A DNA stretch of 64,000 bases from the NCBI GenBank assembly GCA_964106645.2, contig OZ067040.1. One strand, 5' to 3'. The position numbers and the translations under genes were made by a program. The notes beneath the pieces are model-generated. The model was not told where the DNA came from. It saw only the letters and a list, made by a program, of their open reading frames with translations, and ran no database searches. Source of the DNA: Podarcis pityusensis. Its lineage: Eukaryota. This document shows, piece by piece, positions 1 to 14,004 of this stretch. The stretch's first letter is position 1. Each line of letters begins with the position of its first letter.

Positions 1-171
1 TGCAGCTGCTGGGTGACCTTGGACCAGTCACACTTCTCTGAAGTCTCTCAGCCCCACTCACCTCACAGAGTGTTTGTTGTGGGGGAGGAAGGGAAAGGAG
101 AATGTTAGCCGCTTTGAGACTCCTTAAAGGGAGTGAAAGGCGGGATATCAAATCCAAACTCTTCTTCTTCT
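1..171 (+). mobile_element. 3' part of a CORE-type SINE with L2-like tail (Squam3-like), cut by the window edge
   Basis: CORE-like TGGGTGACCTTGGACCAGTCAC...ACCTCACAGAGTGTTTGTTGTGG, then GTTAGCCGCTTTGAGACTCC...GGCGGGATAT and a (TCT)n tail. Confidence 0.7.
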
Positions 172-3100
172 TGAAATATCTGCCCAACCTGCCCTTCCCA
201 TTTACTACAGTTTCATTTCCTTCTCCTTCCTCTTTTGTTTCTCTTGTATCTGGTTTTTAGATAGAAATGTGGTTTGGATAGGGACCTTTCAAAGTGCCAT
301 GCACACAGGCACTGCTGCAGCAGCATTGTTCTTAATGGTGTTTTATTGTTGTACACCACTCTAGAATAGAGAACTGCAGTCTTTTTGTTTTTTTAATGCT
401 TATAAAGCTCTGCCTTTTTGCATGCTGTGCATATATTAAAAGACAAGACAGTCTCTGCATATAGGCTCACAATCTAATGGACTTACTGTAAAAAGAATGA
501 GGAGGAAAGACTTGATGGATAGGACCAGGTAGCCATTCCTCCTTGACCTGATGTCCATCCTGAGAGACAGGGAATACAGTCCCCCAGCACCTCTAAGCAA
601 GCTCCCTAGTGGGTGCCATTCTGCAGTCCTAGGCAATATTTATTTTTTTACTTCCTTCATTTTTATTTTTTTATTTTTTTTATTTTTTATTTCATTCATA
701 TCACCGCTTGATTGTAAAAACAACGACCCTCAGTGGTTTACAAAAAGATAAAATATGCCTTTATACAGTGAAAAGCAAGGTGGATTCTTATTTTCCTACA
801 AAAGGGTTATATCTCCAATATTAAAACGAAACCAGTCAGTTCATCTGGCAGCAGCTGTCTAAAATATGAGGCAGATATCTTGCCACCTAAGGTCTTTTAA
901 ACTCAGAACTGAAAATTGGTCCTTTTGCAAACAAACCAATCAATCTACTATGGTGGCCTTCATTCCAGTGTAATGATAGACCCATCCCCATTTGGAAGCA
1001 GTGTAACTTATTTCAGAGTAAATATGATTAGAGTTGGGATACATTATTCTTAATTGCTTTTTTTATAGTGTTACACAGAATTCTGTGAAGAGCCTATGGG
1101 GCCTTTGGCCTGTGAATCATGAAATTGGCCTAGAAAACTGCAATATGCAAAGGGAAAGCAAAGACTACCATGGGTTGCTTTGGGAATGGCAATTACCGTA
1201 GTTTATAGATTTCCTATTGTTACACATGTGGTTACCTTCACATGGATTGCTAGGGACAAATAATAAAAACAGCATCTCAGGAGAGATGCACTCAGACCAG
1301 TAGAACACAGTACTTTAGTTTGTTGTCCCATCAAGTTCTTTCCTTTTGAAAAAGATGACAATTTGTTGTTCTTAAGCATTTGTATCTAAAACAGATATAC
1401 GTGCCCTTGTGATTCACCTGTAACAAATGCAAAACAAGGAAATTAAGTAAGAGCTCAGAAATGAGAGGATAAGCAAACAATTCACCACATCTGTGGGAAA
1501 AGATGAAAGCACGAAGCTATAATGGGACCAAACCGAAGAATCTAAACAAGATACATCTCAGAACTGCAGTAAAAGTAATTTCAAAGAACACAATGTTCAC
1601 AGCAGACGTCACGACTGAACAATAAATTATTCCTCAATATGACTCCCACAGTTTTCCAAAGTCCAAATCTTATTCCAAAGACGAGTCTCCCGTGCCCACG
1701 TTCAGCAGTGGACTTCTTACAACTGTTTCAGTTCTCATTAAACTGATTTACTGGACTCGCTGGCTCTGTTCAGCTTCAGTTTATTCCTACTTTGTTTAAA
1801 ATTCGGGAAGTGCTGGGGAGGAGGGCACAGGACACTAATGGCTGCACTTGTGCAAATGGAGTGACAGCTGATTTATTACAAAGGTTATAAAGGAGAAGTA
1901 TTAAGTGTGTTCCATTCGACATGGTAAAAGACATCCTGCACAATGTCCAACAAACCCTGAGAGCACTGTTTTGTTAAAAGAGAGAGAGAGACGACTGTGA
2001 AGGGGGGGCAGCTCCAACAAATATGTGCTCTTCTTCTTTTGAGCAATAATTAAGATTGTAAATCACAAGCAACATGAAACAACTGTATCCGACAGAACAC
2101 GGACAGTTCTGGAGTTTTGCTGTGCTTGTGTGATCAGTCTGAATACCTACACTGAAGCACTAATGGGAGGGCAAACTTCAAAGAGGTATTTTGGCATGAA
2201 GGGGAGGCCTGTGAGACCATTACATGGATAAAGCTGTAAAATAAACTCCTCCATGCAAATTGGGCAGGGAGGGGGAATGGGAGGTTGAAAGGTTTGTGAG
2301 GATCCAGAGATTTTTCCTCTTTAAAGCACGTAGTAAGTTCTATATTTATTAATTCTTTATTGTAGGACCGTCTTTATTACAGTAAGGAATAGACAGCTGA
2401 GAATAAAAGTTGGGTTAGGCACCTTTAAAATTAAGTTGTTCACTCAGGTAGCCTGATAATTCAATGACTTCTAAAACATTAAAATGTTTATCTTGTTTAT
2501 GTTGGTTCATCAGTTACTTGACTAGAGGGGAAATATGGCCCATTTAAAAAAAGGACAAGGCCTGTTCTATCATGAATCGCTGGCTGAGTTAAAAAGAAGT
2601 CACAATACTATACGTATATGAACCATGCTGTTGACAAACAGCAAGCACAGTGCTATGAGCAGTTAATTCAGATGCAGCTTGTTTTCCAGAATGGAATATT
2701 TACAGCATTAGATGCAATCTCCTCTTTAGGTTGCCCATTTCTTTTTGTTCCTTCAGATGCTTACGATCTGCACTGAACGTAACTTCAGACGCAGCCCATA
2801 GTACTGGGTATTGGGGTTAGTATTGCTTCAAGTGGAACATTCTGTCATAACAAAGATGTTCTCTCTTTTGTTTTGTTGTACCGTATGTTAAGTGAAGGAA
2901 GGGGACGGGAAGGAGAATTATAAAGGCAAATAATTCATTAAAATCTGGAATGATTTATGGTTACTGCATCGGATTTGTGGGTTATTCACTACATGCACAC
3001 ACAACCACCCTTCCACTAGCCCTACTTTGTAGTTCTGTCTCCTTTAAAGAGCCACACAACAACACCTTTTAACGGTATCCATTGAAGAGTGCAAGAATCT

Positions 3101-3202
3101 GTTAAGAAGTGCATAGGGTTTGACGTGTTCTACATTAGCTAAATAGCAACGTTTTGGGTATGGTTGCTTTCTTAATACAGGTTTTTAATTCAGGAGCCAG
3201 AG

Positions 3203-3454
3203 CAGGGGTCAGCAACCTTTTTCAGCCGTGGGCCAGTCCACCGTCCCTCAGACTATGTGGGGGGCAGACTATATTTTGAAGGAAAAAAATGAACCAATTC
3301 CTATGCCCCACAAATAACCCAGAGATGCATTTTAAATAAAAGGACACATTCTACTCATGTAAAAACCACGCTGATTTCCCAGACTGTCCGTGGGTGGGAT
3401 TGAGAAGGCGATTGGGCCACATCTTGCCCCTGGGCCTTAGGTTGCCTACCCCTG
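3203..3454. mobile_element. hAT-type non-autonomous DNA transposon (MITE family A, copy 1)
   Basis: TIRs CAGGGGTCAGCAACC / GGTTGCCTACCCCTG; 8-bp TSD AGCCAGAG (3195-3202) / AGCTAGAG (3455-3462); second copy at 30168-30417. Confidence 0.85.
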
Positions 3455-4378
3455 AGCTAGAGTATGCCATGGTTTTGAGGATCAGGAATGTGCCACAGGT
3501 TCCTTATTCTTTCTATATTATGTGCCAATTCCTCCATTTCCATGTTTTTTCTAACTACACTTTACCTTTGTTTTCTAATTAGGAGGACCACAGTTTGCGA
3601 ACCTGATTTCAAAACACAGTTTGGAGTTTAGCATTAACTAGAGTGTATATCCAGTTTAGATGTTGTAATGAATCATGGCTACTACAGATGAAACCAGGAA
3701 ATGAAAAAGAGAATTGGTTTGAAGGATTGGAACATAATACCTGCACTATGTTAATGTGTTTTCTCATTGCTGCTACCATAATGTAGCAGGGTCTCCTACT
3801 TGCTGCCTATGGGCACCACACTGCCCTCAGCTATGCCCTTCTAAATTTTTAATTGAAGATGCAGTACATTTTATTTTGTTAACAATCTCGGTGGAGGAAA
3901 GGGGAATTACATATCTACTTTTCTGTTTAAACAACACCTATATTTTGAGGGAAAGTAGGTCATTACTTGCTTCAGGAAGCTTCCTTTCATCAAAGTTCTT
4001 TTTTCTTGCTAATATTCTAGATTCTTATCCCAAGGAGAAATGCTTTATCTATATGTCATAAAAAGGAAGCTTTATTTGATAAAAAAAGAGAGAGAAATAC
4101 TTGTATGTGTAAGCCTACAGAGGCTTTCTTGGAATACTATGATGAACTTCCTGATTTAAAAAGAGAAAGTGCAAGTCAGTTTCTGTTTCTCAATACTTTG
4201 CAAAAGGGGCACAAGTGTGTGTCGCATTTAGTTTTCAACTTTACCAGCAAACCAGTTTTAGCACTTTATTTGTTCTGGCAAGTTTGTTTTTATGCTAGCA
4301 GTTTTGCAAAATAATGATTGTGAGAGTAGGGCTAGTATAGAAAGTAGATATATATGTTTCTAATCATTTGTATATACG

Positions 4379-4524
4379 CAGTGCTTTTTTCTGGGGGGAT
4401 GCAGGGGTACGCATACCCCTAAATATTTTGTAAATCTATGTTTGGCCTCATTGAGGGGCAGTATTTCAATATGCGTAGGGAAATGAGAGTACCCCTAAAC
4501 ATTTGTTTTAGGGGAAAAGCACTG
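4379..4524. mobile_element. hAT-type MITE (family B, copy 1)
   Basis: TIRs CAGTGCTTTT / AAAAGCACTG; TSD TATATACG / TATATATG; inverted second copy at 22340-22488. Confidence 0.85.
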
Positions 4525-6507
4525 TATATATGTACAGGCAAATCAGATAAATGTAGTGCGAGATATTTTCAAAAGAGTTTGGGGTGATGCTAAAAGTGCT
4601 ACCAAAGCTGCAAATATAATTTCCATTAATAAACAGAAGGGGTTTTTTTGGGGGGGGGATGCCGGATTTAAGGTTGCTGAGTATGTGGTGAGAATCATCC
4701 TTCTGATCCTGTGAATTGGTGTTGGTAACATTTAAAGGTGTGGGGGTTTTTTGCCATTTTTTTCAGCTTTGTTATGTCTGTTCTTCATACTCCTTAACCA
4801 GTACAACTTGCAGTCTCCCAAGTTCTTCCATATGAAGTCAAGGAAACCCAGCTGAATCACTGAGGGTTGCTATGTTTTGTCATCTGTACAATTATTACTT
4901 TAAAACTTGTCAACCAAGATCATTCCCTTTGTGCCCAGTGACACACGATAAATGAGCTAAGCTCATTTGGAAAAAAGCTGGAAGAGAATATCAGTTCCAC
5001 ACTTGGTTGCACTGCCTTTGCTTATAATCTGTTTGCCAGTCTTCAGATGCTAACCCAGCCCTTGTTTAATCTATTTCCCTAATGGCAATTAAGAAATGTT
5101 TTCATTTCGCTGGCAGAGGATTGTCAATGAAATCCCTTGGCTGTTTGCACTCCTTCTCTCTGGGTACTTAAAGGTGCCCAAGTAATTTTTCTCTCTCTGC
5201 CTCCTTCCCCTTTCCCCTCACTTAGCCTTAAGGCATCCAAAGCATTCGCTGTATGTTTAAGCAGCAGCATGGAGTGAGGAAGAAATGATTAAGCAGCTGA
5301 ATGTTTAAAATCCAACTAAATGCACCGATTATTATCTGCTTAGGGCTTTCTTATCTTGCACTGTGTGGTGCTTAATGGCAGGCCCATTGTCTTCAGCTCA
5401 AATGCATTAATGAAGTAATCAGGGCAGCAGGCTGATGTCATAGGTGGTTGAAAGGTGACCTGTTGGACCGATTTCACTTACTCCACCCCTTTCTCAGATT
5501 TTTCCAACTAGTTCAGTAGGCGGGTTAGTATTTTAAGCAGTTAAAAAAAAAAGTTAGCTGGGTTGCATTTGTGTGTCTGGTAAAAGGATTGAAGAGGCTC
5601 GTAGATATCCTGCTTAAAAGATGTACTCTGCTTCTGTTCTACTTTCTTCGCTAGATAAAGACTCTTATCCGCTTCCAAGTAGCTCAGTGTGAAAGCAGTC
5701 TGCCCTTATTCACACCTGTGGTAGCTGCTGGCCAATTATATCCTGCAGCCTGTGCCTTGACCTGTGTAGAAGGTGAGGTTTGGTTTATGTATTGTCATTT
5801 TGTTGTAGATATTTAGACTGCAACCCTATGCCCAATGAACTCTTAGATCCATTGAACTCAATGGGGCTTTTGGATTGCACGGTTCACTATACAGTAATAG
5901 ATGTTAGAACTTTGTGAAAGAACTTGTTCTGTTTTAATGAGCGTTTTCTTTCTATACCAATAGCTGAGATTTAAAAATAGTATTTGCATAATGGTTAACT
6001 GTAAAACGTTCAATATTAAAAATCTGACTTGATGTAAAATAATATTTATTTAAATAGCCCATCATCATCTGTTTGTCTCTGAGGTTAACTTGGCACCATA
6101 TTATGCAAATCTACGTAATATGCCAAATCTTTAGTCGAATAATTTATTATGTTTCAGTCTTTTAAAATCTGTTGCTCTTTGAGGGAGATCACCATCTCCA
6201 TGTTTATAAAGATAGGCATTATATTGAAAGTATTATTCACCCTAATTTACCTTTAACCCTTACTTGTGGCCTAATAGAATACTGTTTTAGCTCATGTGAA
6301 ACAAAATGCCTAAAGCTTGATATGTATAGTGTTTTGTAATGTCTTTCTAAATGAAATAGGCATGAACATATTGATTGGATAAAACACAGCTTCACTTGCA
6401 TGCTTGGAAATCTTTTGAGTGCATTATATGAAACAAAAACTGTTTCTATGGTTTGGAACTGAAACAAAAGTTAAAAACTGGTTCTACCAGAAAGACCAGG
6501 TAGCAGA

Positions 6508-6548
6508 ATGTGTGTGTGTGTGTGTGTGCGCGCGCATGCGCGCGCGCA
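6508..6548. repeat. (TG)n/(CG)n alternating purine-pyrimidine tract
   Basis: ATGTG...TGCGCGCGCATGCGCGCGCGCA read directly. Confidence 0.95.
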
Positions 6549-8451
6549 AGTGAATATTGGAATAGAATTAAAAACATCCTTTTTGCCTTTGAATGAGAGA
6601 GTTTCTGTAGCACACATTTTCTCTGTCTTTGAAACATCGATCTCAGGCTCTCCTACCAAAAGGAATCCACAAGGATTCATTTTACAATCTCTATAAACAT
6701 TTTAAAATCCCAAAAAGTATTCAAAACTTTGTTTATAGCTTGCTTATGTGATTTATAATAGAACATATGGCAAATAAAGTATTTGGGTGTTATGTCAATT
6801 GCTGCAATTGTCTACATTCTAAAACACGGTTTTATATTAGCTCCACTGATTCATTCCATTCATTTCCCCCATGCAAACTTTTAGATTACTTCTATGGTTC
6901 TGCATTTGAAATCAAATGAAAAAGTTGTATTTACTACAATGTACATTTTAATTTAAAAATATCAGAGTTCATCCCTGCTAGCATATGAGAGAAACAAACC
7001 ATAGCTTAGCATTATGGACAAACTGAGGATTGTGGTTGTTTTTAGTCCCATGTCAAGAACAGACCTCGGCTCCAGATCATAGTTCTGAGCAAAACAAACC
7101 ACAGCCCTTTGTTATTTCATATTGCTAATGCTCAAAGTGTTCAGTTTGGATACAATAAATTCAGATTCAAATTCCTGCTTAGCTCCACTTCATACTACAA
7201 GTGCACTGCTATGATTAAGGAAATCACAGCAAACTTTAGTCATCTACATTTGTTTCGTTCACATGGTATTTTCTGCTAATGACAATAGTGCAGAGAGTAA
7301 AATTAGCCACAAGTAATTATTTGTATGCTGGAGAACAATACAGCAGCTTCATATATTAAAAAAAGAAAAAGGCTGAAAGCTGTGGGATGTTTATAGCTTT
7401 TCAAGGGTGCAAACTACTTCTGCTGGCTCTGACAATTTCCTTTTGTTTGTATGGAGTAACTCTCAGGCAAACTTAGCTTCTCTTAAGTTAACATTTATTT
7501 CCTTGCCATTCAAATGAAAGGAAGATAGCACTGATCAAATCATGTGATAATTTGAAGGGAAAAGTGCTAAGCTGCCCCCACCATCACCCCTTCCTCATTT
7601 GTCCTGATGTTGATTGTGAGTTAAATAAAAGAGTGTTGACACTGAAATTACTTTCAAGTCTGGAAAATTTAATCAGCAAAGACCTTGGTAGCTATAAATT
7701 TGTAGTAGCAGTCCCTAATTTATCTTGTAATTCCATGACAGGACCTGAATTCCCTGTATTTGGCCAGATCACTTCAGCAGACAGTTAATGAAAGAAGAGA
7801 GGGAACATGAAGGTCAAATGCACCAAAATCTTTTTCAACGTACCAACCGCCCCACTCTTTCTTTCTTACTATACCACATTTTGATTTATATGGGCTTGAA
7901 TCAAAAGATCTATCTGCTATTGGGGGGGTGGGCTGTCCACCAGTTTATTTCCCCCCTCAGCTGCAGCTATCCTTTCTGCATTGCATACTGTTCTTAAGGA
8001 TTCCTGACCCTGGCTGCAGCCCCCAAAACATGTGTGAGCAGACGTGCTTCCACCTATGGGGGGGATTTTAGATTTTAATTTACAGTTGCTTCATGCCCAA
8101 TTGGTTTCCACTAGAATGCTTTGATGAGATAGTGAAGTAAAGTTGAAACATTTGAAGCGTTGCTTTTACTTTGGAAAAAGTAGCAGTGCTAATCTAACGT
8201 GACTGATGTACACATCAATCTGTCACATTTCTTCCATGCTTATTCATTCAAAAGTACTAGGCAAGACCCAGCGTTTGCTAGTTTGTTGCCCAGGGACAGA
8301 TTTGCTAAACATGAACGAATGGTAGGATTAGCATTTTGGTAGCAGGATGTTTATCATATTCACTGTCTAGTGTCCTGCTACGTATGGCTGAGAAGCAAGC
8401 ATGAAACAACTAAAAATTGCTTACCTCTGTGTTAGTAGATATGGGCAGGTA

Positions 8452-8677
8452 CAGTGGTACCTCGGGTTACATACGCTTCAGGTTACAGACTCCGCTAACC
8501 CAGAAATAGTGCTTCAGGTTAAGAACTTTGCTTCAGGATGAGAACAGAAATCGTGCTCCGGTGGCGCGGCAGCAGCAGGAGGCCCCATTAGCTAAAGTGG
8601 TGCTTCAGGTTAAGAACAGTTTCAGGTTAAGTACAGACCTCCGGAACGAATTAAGTATTTAACCCGAAGTACCACTG
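8452..8677. mobile_element. Tc1/mariner-pogo (Tigger-like) MITE (family C, copy 1)
   Basis: TA TSD on both sides; TIR CAGTGGTACCTCGGGTTA / TAACCCGAAGTACCACTG; internal repeated CTTCAGGTTA; second copy at 38788-39013. Confidence 0.88.
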
Positions 8678-11584
8678 TAATCTCTTTCTGTTTTGTTTTT
8701 TTAAATCATGGACCATTAACAACAAGGCAATTTGGAAAAGAAAAAATGGTTTTTTGCTGCTCTTGAAAGGAGAAAGTAAGGTTAAGTAAAGATCTAATGT
8801 ATTTATTGTCAGTGCTGTCAGTCTTATGATTGAAGTGATTATGCTAGTTTCTGAACTCAGTATAAATATATTATTGTGAAGTAGCTGGTTGCTGCCAATA
8901 GACACTACTTTCACACATTATTCCTCAGCAGGACCCTAATCAAGTTTTTCAGAAGCAGTTTTAATTTAATTTGACCTTCCTAGGATGATCATATGCCTTG
9001 ATAGAGAAAATAAAGGTGATGCTTGTGTTACTGTTTCTGATATAAACTGCTTACAATAGTTTGAGGCCGATGGCATTATGGTCCCAAGCTTTCCTAAGTT
9101 TCATTTAGCATGTCTGAAACCACAGATGTAGAATAGCTGCACTGAGAAGACCACTGGGGAATAAATACCTCTTTGGTCGCTGAAGTAAAATAAAGCTCTT
9201 TTTGCTTGGGAATATTCCTCAGCCCCTACTGAATCATCAGTTCAGGTGGTTGTAGCACAGATCTACAATTCTGCTGTAAAGGAGCAGGATGATATCTACA
9301 TTTTTCATCAGTTTGCGACTTCACTGCCTTAATTATTGGCTATGACCACTGACACGCTGTCAAGTGAGAGGAAGACAAAGGGCCATGTGTCATGTGACCC
9401 TTATATTGCTATTGACACAGGAGACTTTAGGATCCACATTTTAGAGTGAATAACCACTGCACTGCGAAGAGAGAAGCGTTTGCTCAAGTGCACAGTTCTC
9501 AATGAACTGGAATTCATTGGAAACTTTTTAAGGCGGGAAAGTGAGTATTTAATGCAGGGGAAAGGGAAGGAGGAATGAAAGTCACTGCTCTTCCTGATTT
9601 GATAAAAGGGGAGGGGGAGAATATCAACTTGCTGGTGTCCAGGTTGGATTCTTTAATCCAACACTGTTACATTTTTTTCTCCTATATCACATACACTGTA
9701 ATAGATTCTCATGTGACAGTGGGTTACATTGGAAATAAGCATAGAATGGTACTGCTAGTGCACTTTTAAAAAGACATTGACGGGTACTAAATTGGTACGC
9801 ATGTGTCATATATTTGTCTCATCCACTCCCTTTTATACATAGTAGATGGATGGAGTTCTAGTGTAAAGAGAAATATACAGGAGTGAAACAAATGGAAAGT
9901 GACTTTTCAAAGAAGGCATTTTCTGGCATAAGTGGAATTCTTTGTTTGCTAAATGTAATAACGCAAACCTCTTTTTAGTATGACTGGAAAGTGGTAAGAG
10001 CAGGGCATAACTTGTGGAACCAAAAGACAGGGAACCAGTATTGTGATTTAGTACTGTTTTAAATTCCTTTTGATTTTTATTCTGGATTGAAGGTCTGCTA
10101 GCCAACATTCTTTAATGTATGTAAGCAAACAGGGGGTTTTTAAGTTGAAGTTTGTTTTAGGAAAGGTGCTGATATTTCTGTGTTTCATAGGATTGCTTTT
10201 CTAATGCAGCTTTAAAAAAAAAAAAAAGTATGCACGCATCAGAATACTTTTTATTGCTGCACATGTTTGCCTGGTCCATTTTCTGAGCTTGAAGCTGATG
10301 TAATGTCTTCCTTAGTGTCTGAATTAGTGTTTCCAGGTACTGCATTGTTCATTTATCAAAAAAGGACCACCCTCAAACCTTTGTTGAATGAGGTGTAACT
10401 GCTGCTCCACTGACAGAAGGGTAGACCCACTAACAGGACAGCACTTCAACTGCCAGTGGCCCATCCACATACCTGTTAGAAGTTCCACAGGTGTAGATCT
10501 CCTGCCAGTATTCTGGGAGAGTATGGCAGGGCAGCTGAAGATCTGCAGTGCCCTAAGCCCCATCAGTTCCCCAAAGTATTATGTTACACCAGCCCTGAAG
10601 CTGTTATTTTTAGTTCCCTCCCAATGACTGCAATGAGCCAGCAGTAGCTCCTCCACAGAATCTCACTACTGGAAGATTTTATGGCTTTTTAACACCCCAA
10701 CTGTATATCTATTTCATAAAATAAATAATAAAATAAGATTTATTCAGTTAGGCAGCAGCCCTAGTAATCCCTGCTTCAAACATGAAGGTATATTTCTACT
10801 CTTCACAGGGGAAATTGTTCTTCTGTGTGACTCCTATTTCACCAACCCCAGTAGTTTGTCTGAAAGGTAGAATTAATTAATGCCCCAAACAAAATACAAC
10901 TGTACATTACTCATGCATTTTGAAAATGTGGATGGTATTAAGTACTTCAATTCAATTCCTCCCCCCCCCCCTTTTTTTTTGCCTGAATCAAAATAAATTA
11001 CAGTAGATGCATTTGCTGGGGAGACCTTATGTGAAAACAACAAATTAATCTCCAGCTGCACTGATGATTCTCTCCTGTCCTGTATATGCACCTCTCATTT
11101 CTCTGGATCTCGCCCAGTATGGGCTGTTGGCAAAACAAGAATATTTCCACACTTCACATTCAGTGTTCCTATCTTCTTTTTAACTTCCCCAATTTTATGG
11201 TAGTTTCAGCTGAGCTGATATGGATATCCTTGAAGCAGACAAGGTGTCTTCAGTTTGAACAGTGAACCCAGCTGTAAGGAGGCATGTTTGGTCAGTATAA
11301 AGTTTTATCTCTAGAGAAACATGTTTTATTGAATGCACAAGGGTCAGAAGGGCAAGAGAGGCAAAAGTATAAGAAAATAAGGCTATTAACAAATTTACTC
11401 TTTGGGGAGGGATGCTGGGGCAGTAGGCTAGTCCAGATTTTTTAGTCTATTTTTGGAGTTTTCGGGATCCCCACCCCCACCCCCGTTCTGAATTGGAACA
11501 CTTTTCTATGTTTATAGAGAGGTGTATGAACAAGAACAGCGTTTCCATTTTCCCACTATTGCACATTTCCTTTCACATCACGGG

Positions 11585-11755
11585 AGCATAGGAAGCTGTC
11601 TCATTCTGAATCAGAAAGCTGGTCAATCTTGCTCAGTTTCCTCTACACTGACCAGCCATGGATGTTCTGAGACAAGGGTCCCTTCCAACAGTATCTAAAG
11701 ATCCTGGGGATTGAACATTTGAATGCAAAACATGTACTTACTACTCAGCTAATCC
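11585..11755 (-). mobile_element. degenerate tRNA-derived SINE with CR1-like tail
   Basis: CATAGGAAGCTG...TCAGA...GGTCAATCTTGCTCAGT tail motif and reversed box-B-like GGGATTGAAC; recognised by pattern only. Confidence 0.5.
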
Positions 11756-11811
11756 CCCACCCCAATTTGTTATGGTCTTTTATTGAATTTGGGGAATTAA
11801 TTTTGAAGCAG

Positions 11812-11915
11812 TGTCTGGATGGGTGACCACCTGGGAATAACATGTATGTCACCTCAGGCTCCATGGAGGGAGGAAATATTGAATATCAGTGTAAGCAAAC
11901 AAACAAACAAACAAA
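11812..11915 (+). mobile_element. 5S rRNA-derived SINE (SINE3-like) fragment
   Basis: TGGATGGGTGACCACCTGGGAATA resembles the 5S internal promoter region TGGATGGGAGACCGCCTGGGAATA, followed by an (AAAC)n tail. Confidence 0.55.
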
Positions 11916-13294
11916 TATCAACTTACAATACAGGGCAAATGGCACACAGCAGAACTTGGATATTTTAAACTTGCGCTCCTTCCTCTAGCATGAAATCATT
12001 GGGCCAGAAAAACTTTAACATCTGGAAAGTATGTTGATGAGGGAGGGGAATTCTAAACTCCTCTTGCCTCTAAGTTATGACTTAGGCTTTTGTCCAAAAA
12101 CACTCAATTATGATCTTAGTCAAGCATATGTAAAGTTATGCTTTGGCAATTTAGAATTATTTCCCATTAATAAATGTAATGTAGGGTTGGTTACATATAT
12201 TATTTCTGAACAACATATTTTGTTCCTTGTAAAGATACAAAACCTATTGGCAACACTCCATAGGAATGCCATATGCACAGTTGCATTTAAAATTAAGAGG
12301 ATTTTAACACTTCCCATGTATTTGTCCTATTAATTTCCTTGAAATTTAGTGCACCTTAACTTTCCAAACATTAGACCACAGAGATATTTCTGAACTTAGC
12401 AAGATGTAATTTTGTGATTCCGATATTTCGACATATATTGAAACAGGATATTTAATCAGTGTAGCAATACATACCCATTGCATTTAGGAACTGGAGTAAT
12501 ATTCAGGGAATCAAGTCTTGGCTTTGGTATAAAATTTCTGTGTAGTTACACCAGTTGTGATCATTCTGCTTTTACAGCAGGGCCCAATAACAATGACAAA
12601 CATAGGGGCAGCTTCCAAAAACATAACTCCTGCATCAGATTACTCCTCATCTGTCCATAACGTGCAGTTATAGAAATGTGTGATATGATGTCTTGTTCTG
12701 CCCCTATAGACTAGTGTTCAGCTGCTGCTGAAATAATCTGTTGGTTTCCCCCCCAAATGCCAAAGGTTCAGCTAACACATCATAAGTATTGTAAGCAATG
12801 GCAGTCTAGTTATATTCTCAGTTCAATATAACGTCACTTAATCACTTGATCTGTAGTGCCCATTAAAGAGTTCCTCCCCACTTCAGTATAATGTCCTTAT
12901 GCCCCAGGACCTTCATTTTCCTGAGCTGAGAGCACAGGAGTGGAATCTCACATCTCACCTAGGTACCTCTGGATTTCTGAACTCTTCCAGAACTTTTAGC
13001 TGAGGAAAGAATCACCCAGGCTTTGGATGAGTTTAAATAAACAGTAGTTAAAAATTGCCTTGCTGCAGCAGGCCAAGGGCCATCTCATCTAGTGTTCTGT
13101 TTTTGACCATTGGTGAGCTAATGGCTTCTGCAAGGCTCACATAATGGTGAAAGCCATTGTCTGCTGTTTGACTTTGCTATACTGTTAGTAAATTGGCTAT
13201 CATCATCATCATTCTTTTTAAAAATTATATTTCACCTTATTTTCAAAAGAAACAAAAAATAAACAACGTACAATATTACAGCATATGTTCAGAC

Positions 13295-13682
13295 GTAAAA
13301 GATAAAGGTAAAGGACCCCTAACTGTTAAGTCCAGTCGCAGACAACTCTGGGGTTGCAGCGCTCATCTCACTTTATAGGCCGAGGGAGCCGGCGTTTGTC
13401 TGCAGACAGGTTTTCCAGTTTTGTGGCCAGCGTGACTAAGCCGCTTCTGGTGCAATGGAACACCAAAACTAGAGCAGTGCACAGAAACGCTGTTTACCTT
13501 CCCGCCAGAGCAGTACCTATTTATCTACTTGCACTTTTTGATGTGCTTTTGAACTGCTAGGTTGGCAGGAGCTGGGACCGAGCAACGGGAGCTCACCCCA
13601 TCACGGGGATTCAAACCACCGACCTTCTGATCGGCAAGCCCAAGAGGCTCAGTGGTTTAGACCACAGCACCACCCGTGTCCC
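13295..13682 (-). mobile_element. full-length Sauria SINE (Squam1/POMSINE-type)
   Basis: Minus-strand tRNA head GGGACACGGGTGGTGCTGTGG (box A)...GGTTTGAATCC (box B); ACCTTT-type tail; TSD TATGTTCAGAC (13284-13294) / TATGTTCATAC (13683-13693). Confidence 0.9.
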
Positions 13683-13961
13683 TATGTTCATACATAGTAA
13701 CCCCCAATTCCAAACCCAGTCATGGAGCCCTAACCCACTCATGAAATAAGTTAGAACAGCTAGAATACAAGTTAGAACACCCTAGGCCAAAAATTAGGCT
13801 TAAGTTGTTGGTGTTTTTCTATGACAACACAAATTAGTCTGGCATAGTTTAGGTGGAACACTGGGCATGGGGGTTGATATTCATGCTTAGTGCAGTTTTC
13901 ACTTGTAAACCCTGCCAGAGTGCTTTAGTTGATGCATTATATGCTGGGCAGGTAGAAATAA

Positions 13962-14003
<42 letters not shown>
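13962..14003. repeat. (ATT)14 microsatellite, probably the tail of an L2-type 3' end (13900-13960)
   Basis: Direct reading; preceded by TGTAAACCCTGCCAGAGTGCTT...GGGCAGGTAGAAATAAAT. Confidence 0.9.
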
Positions 14004-14004
<1 letters not shown>

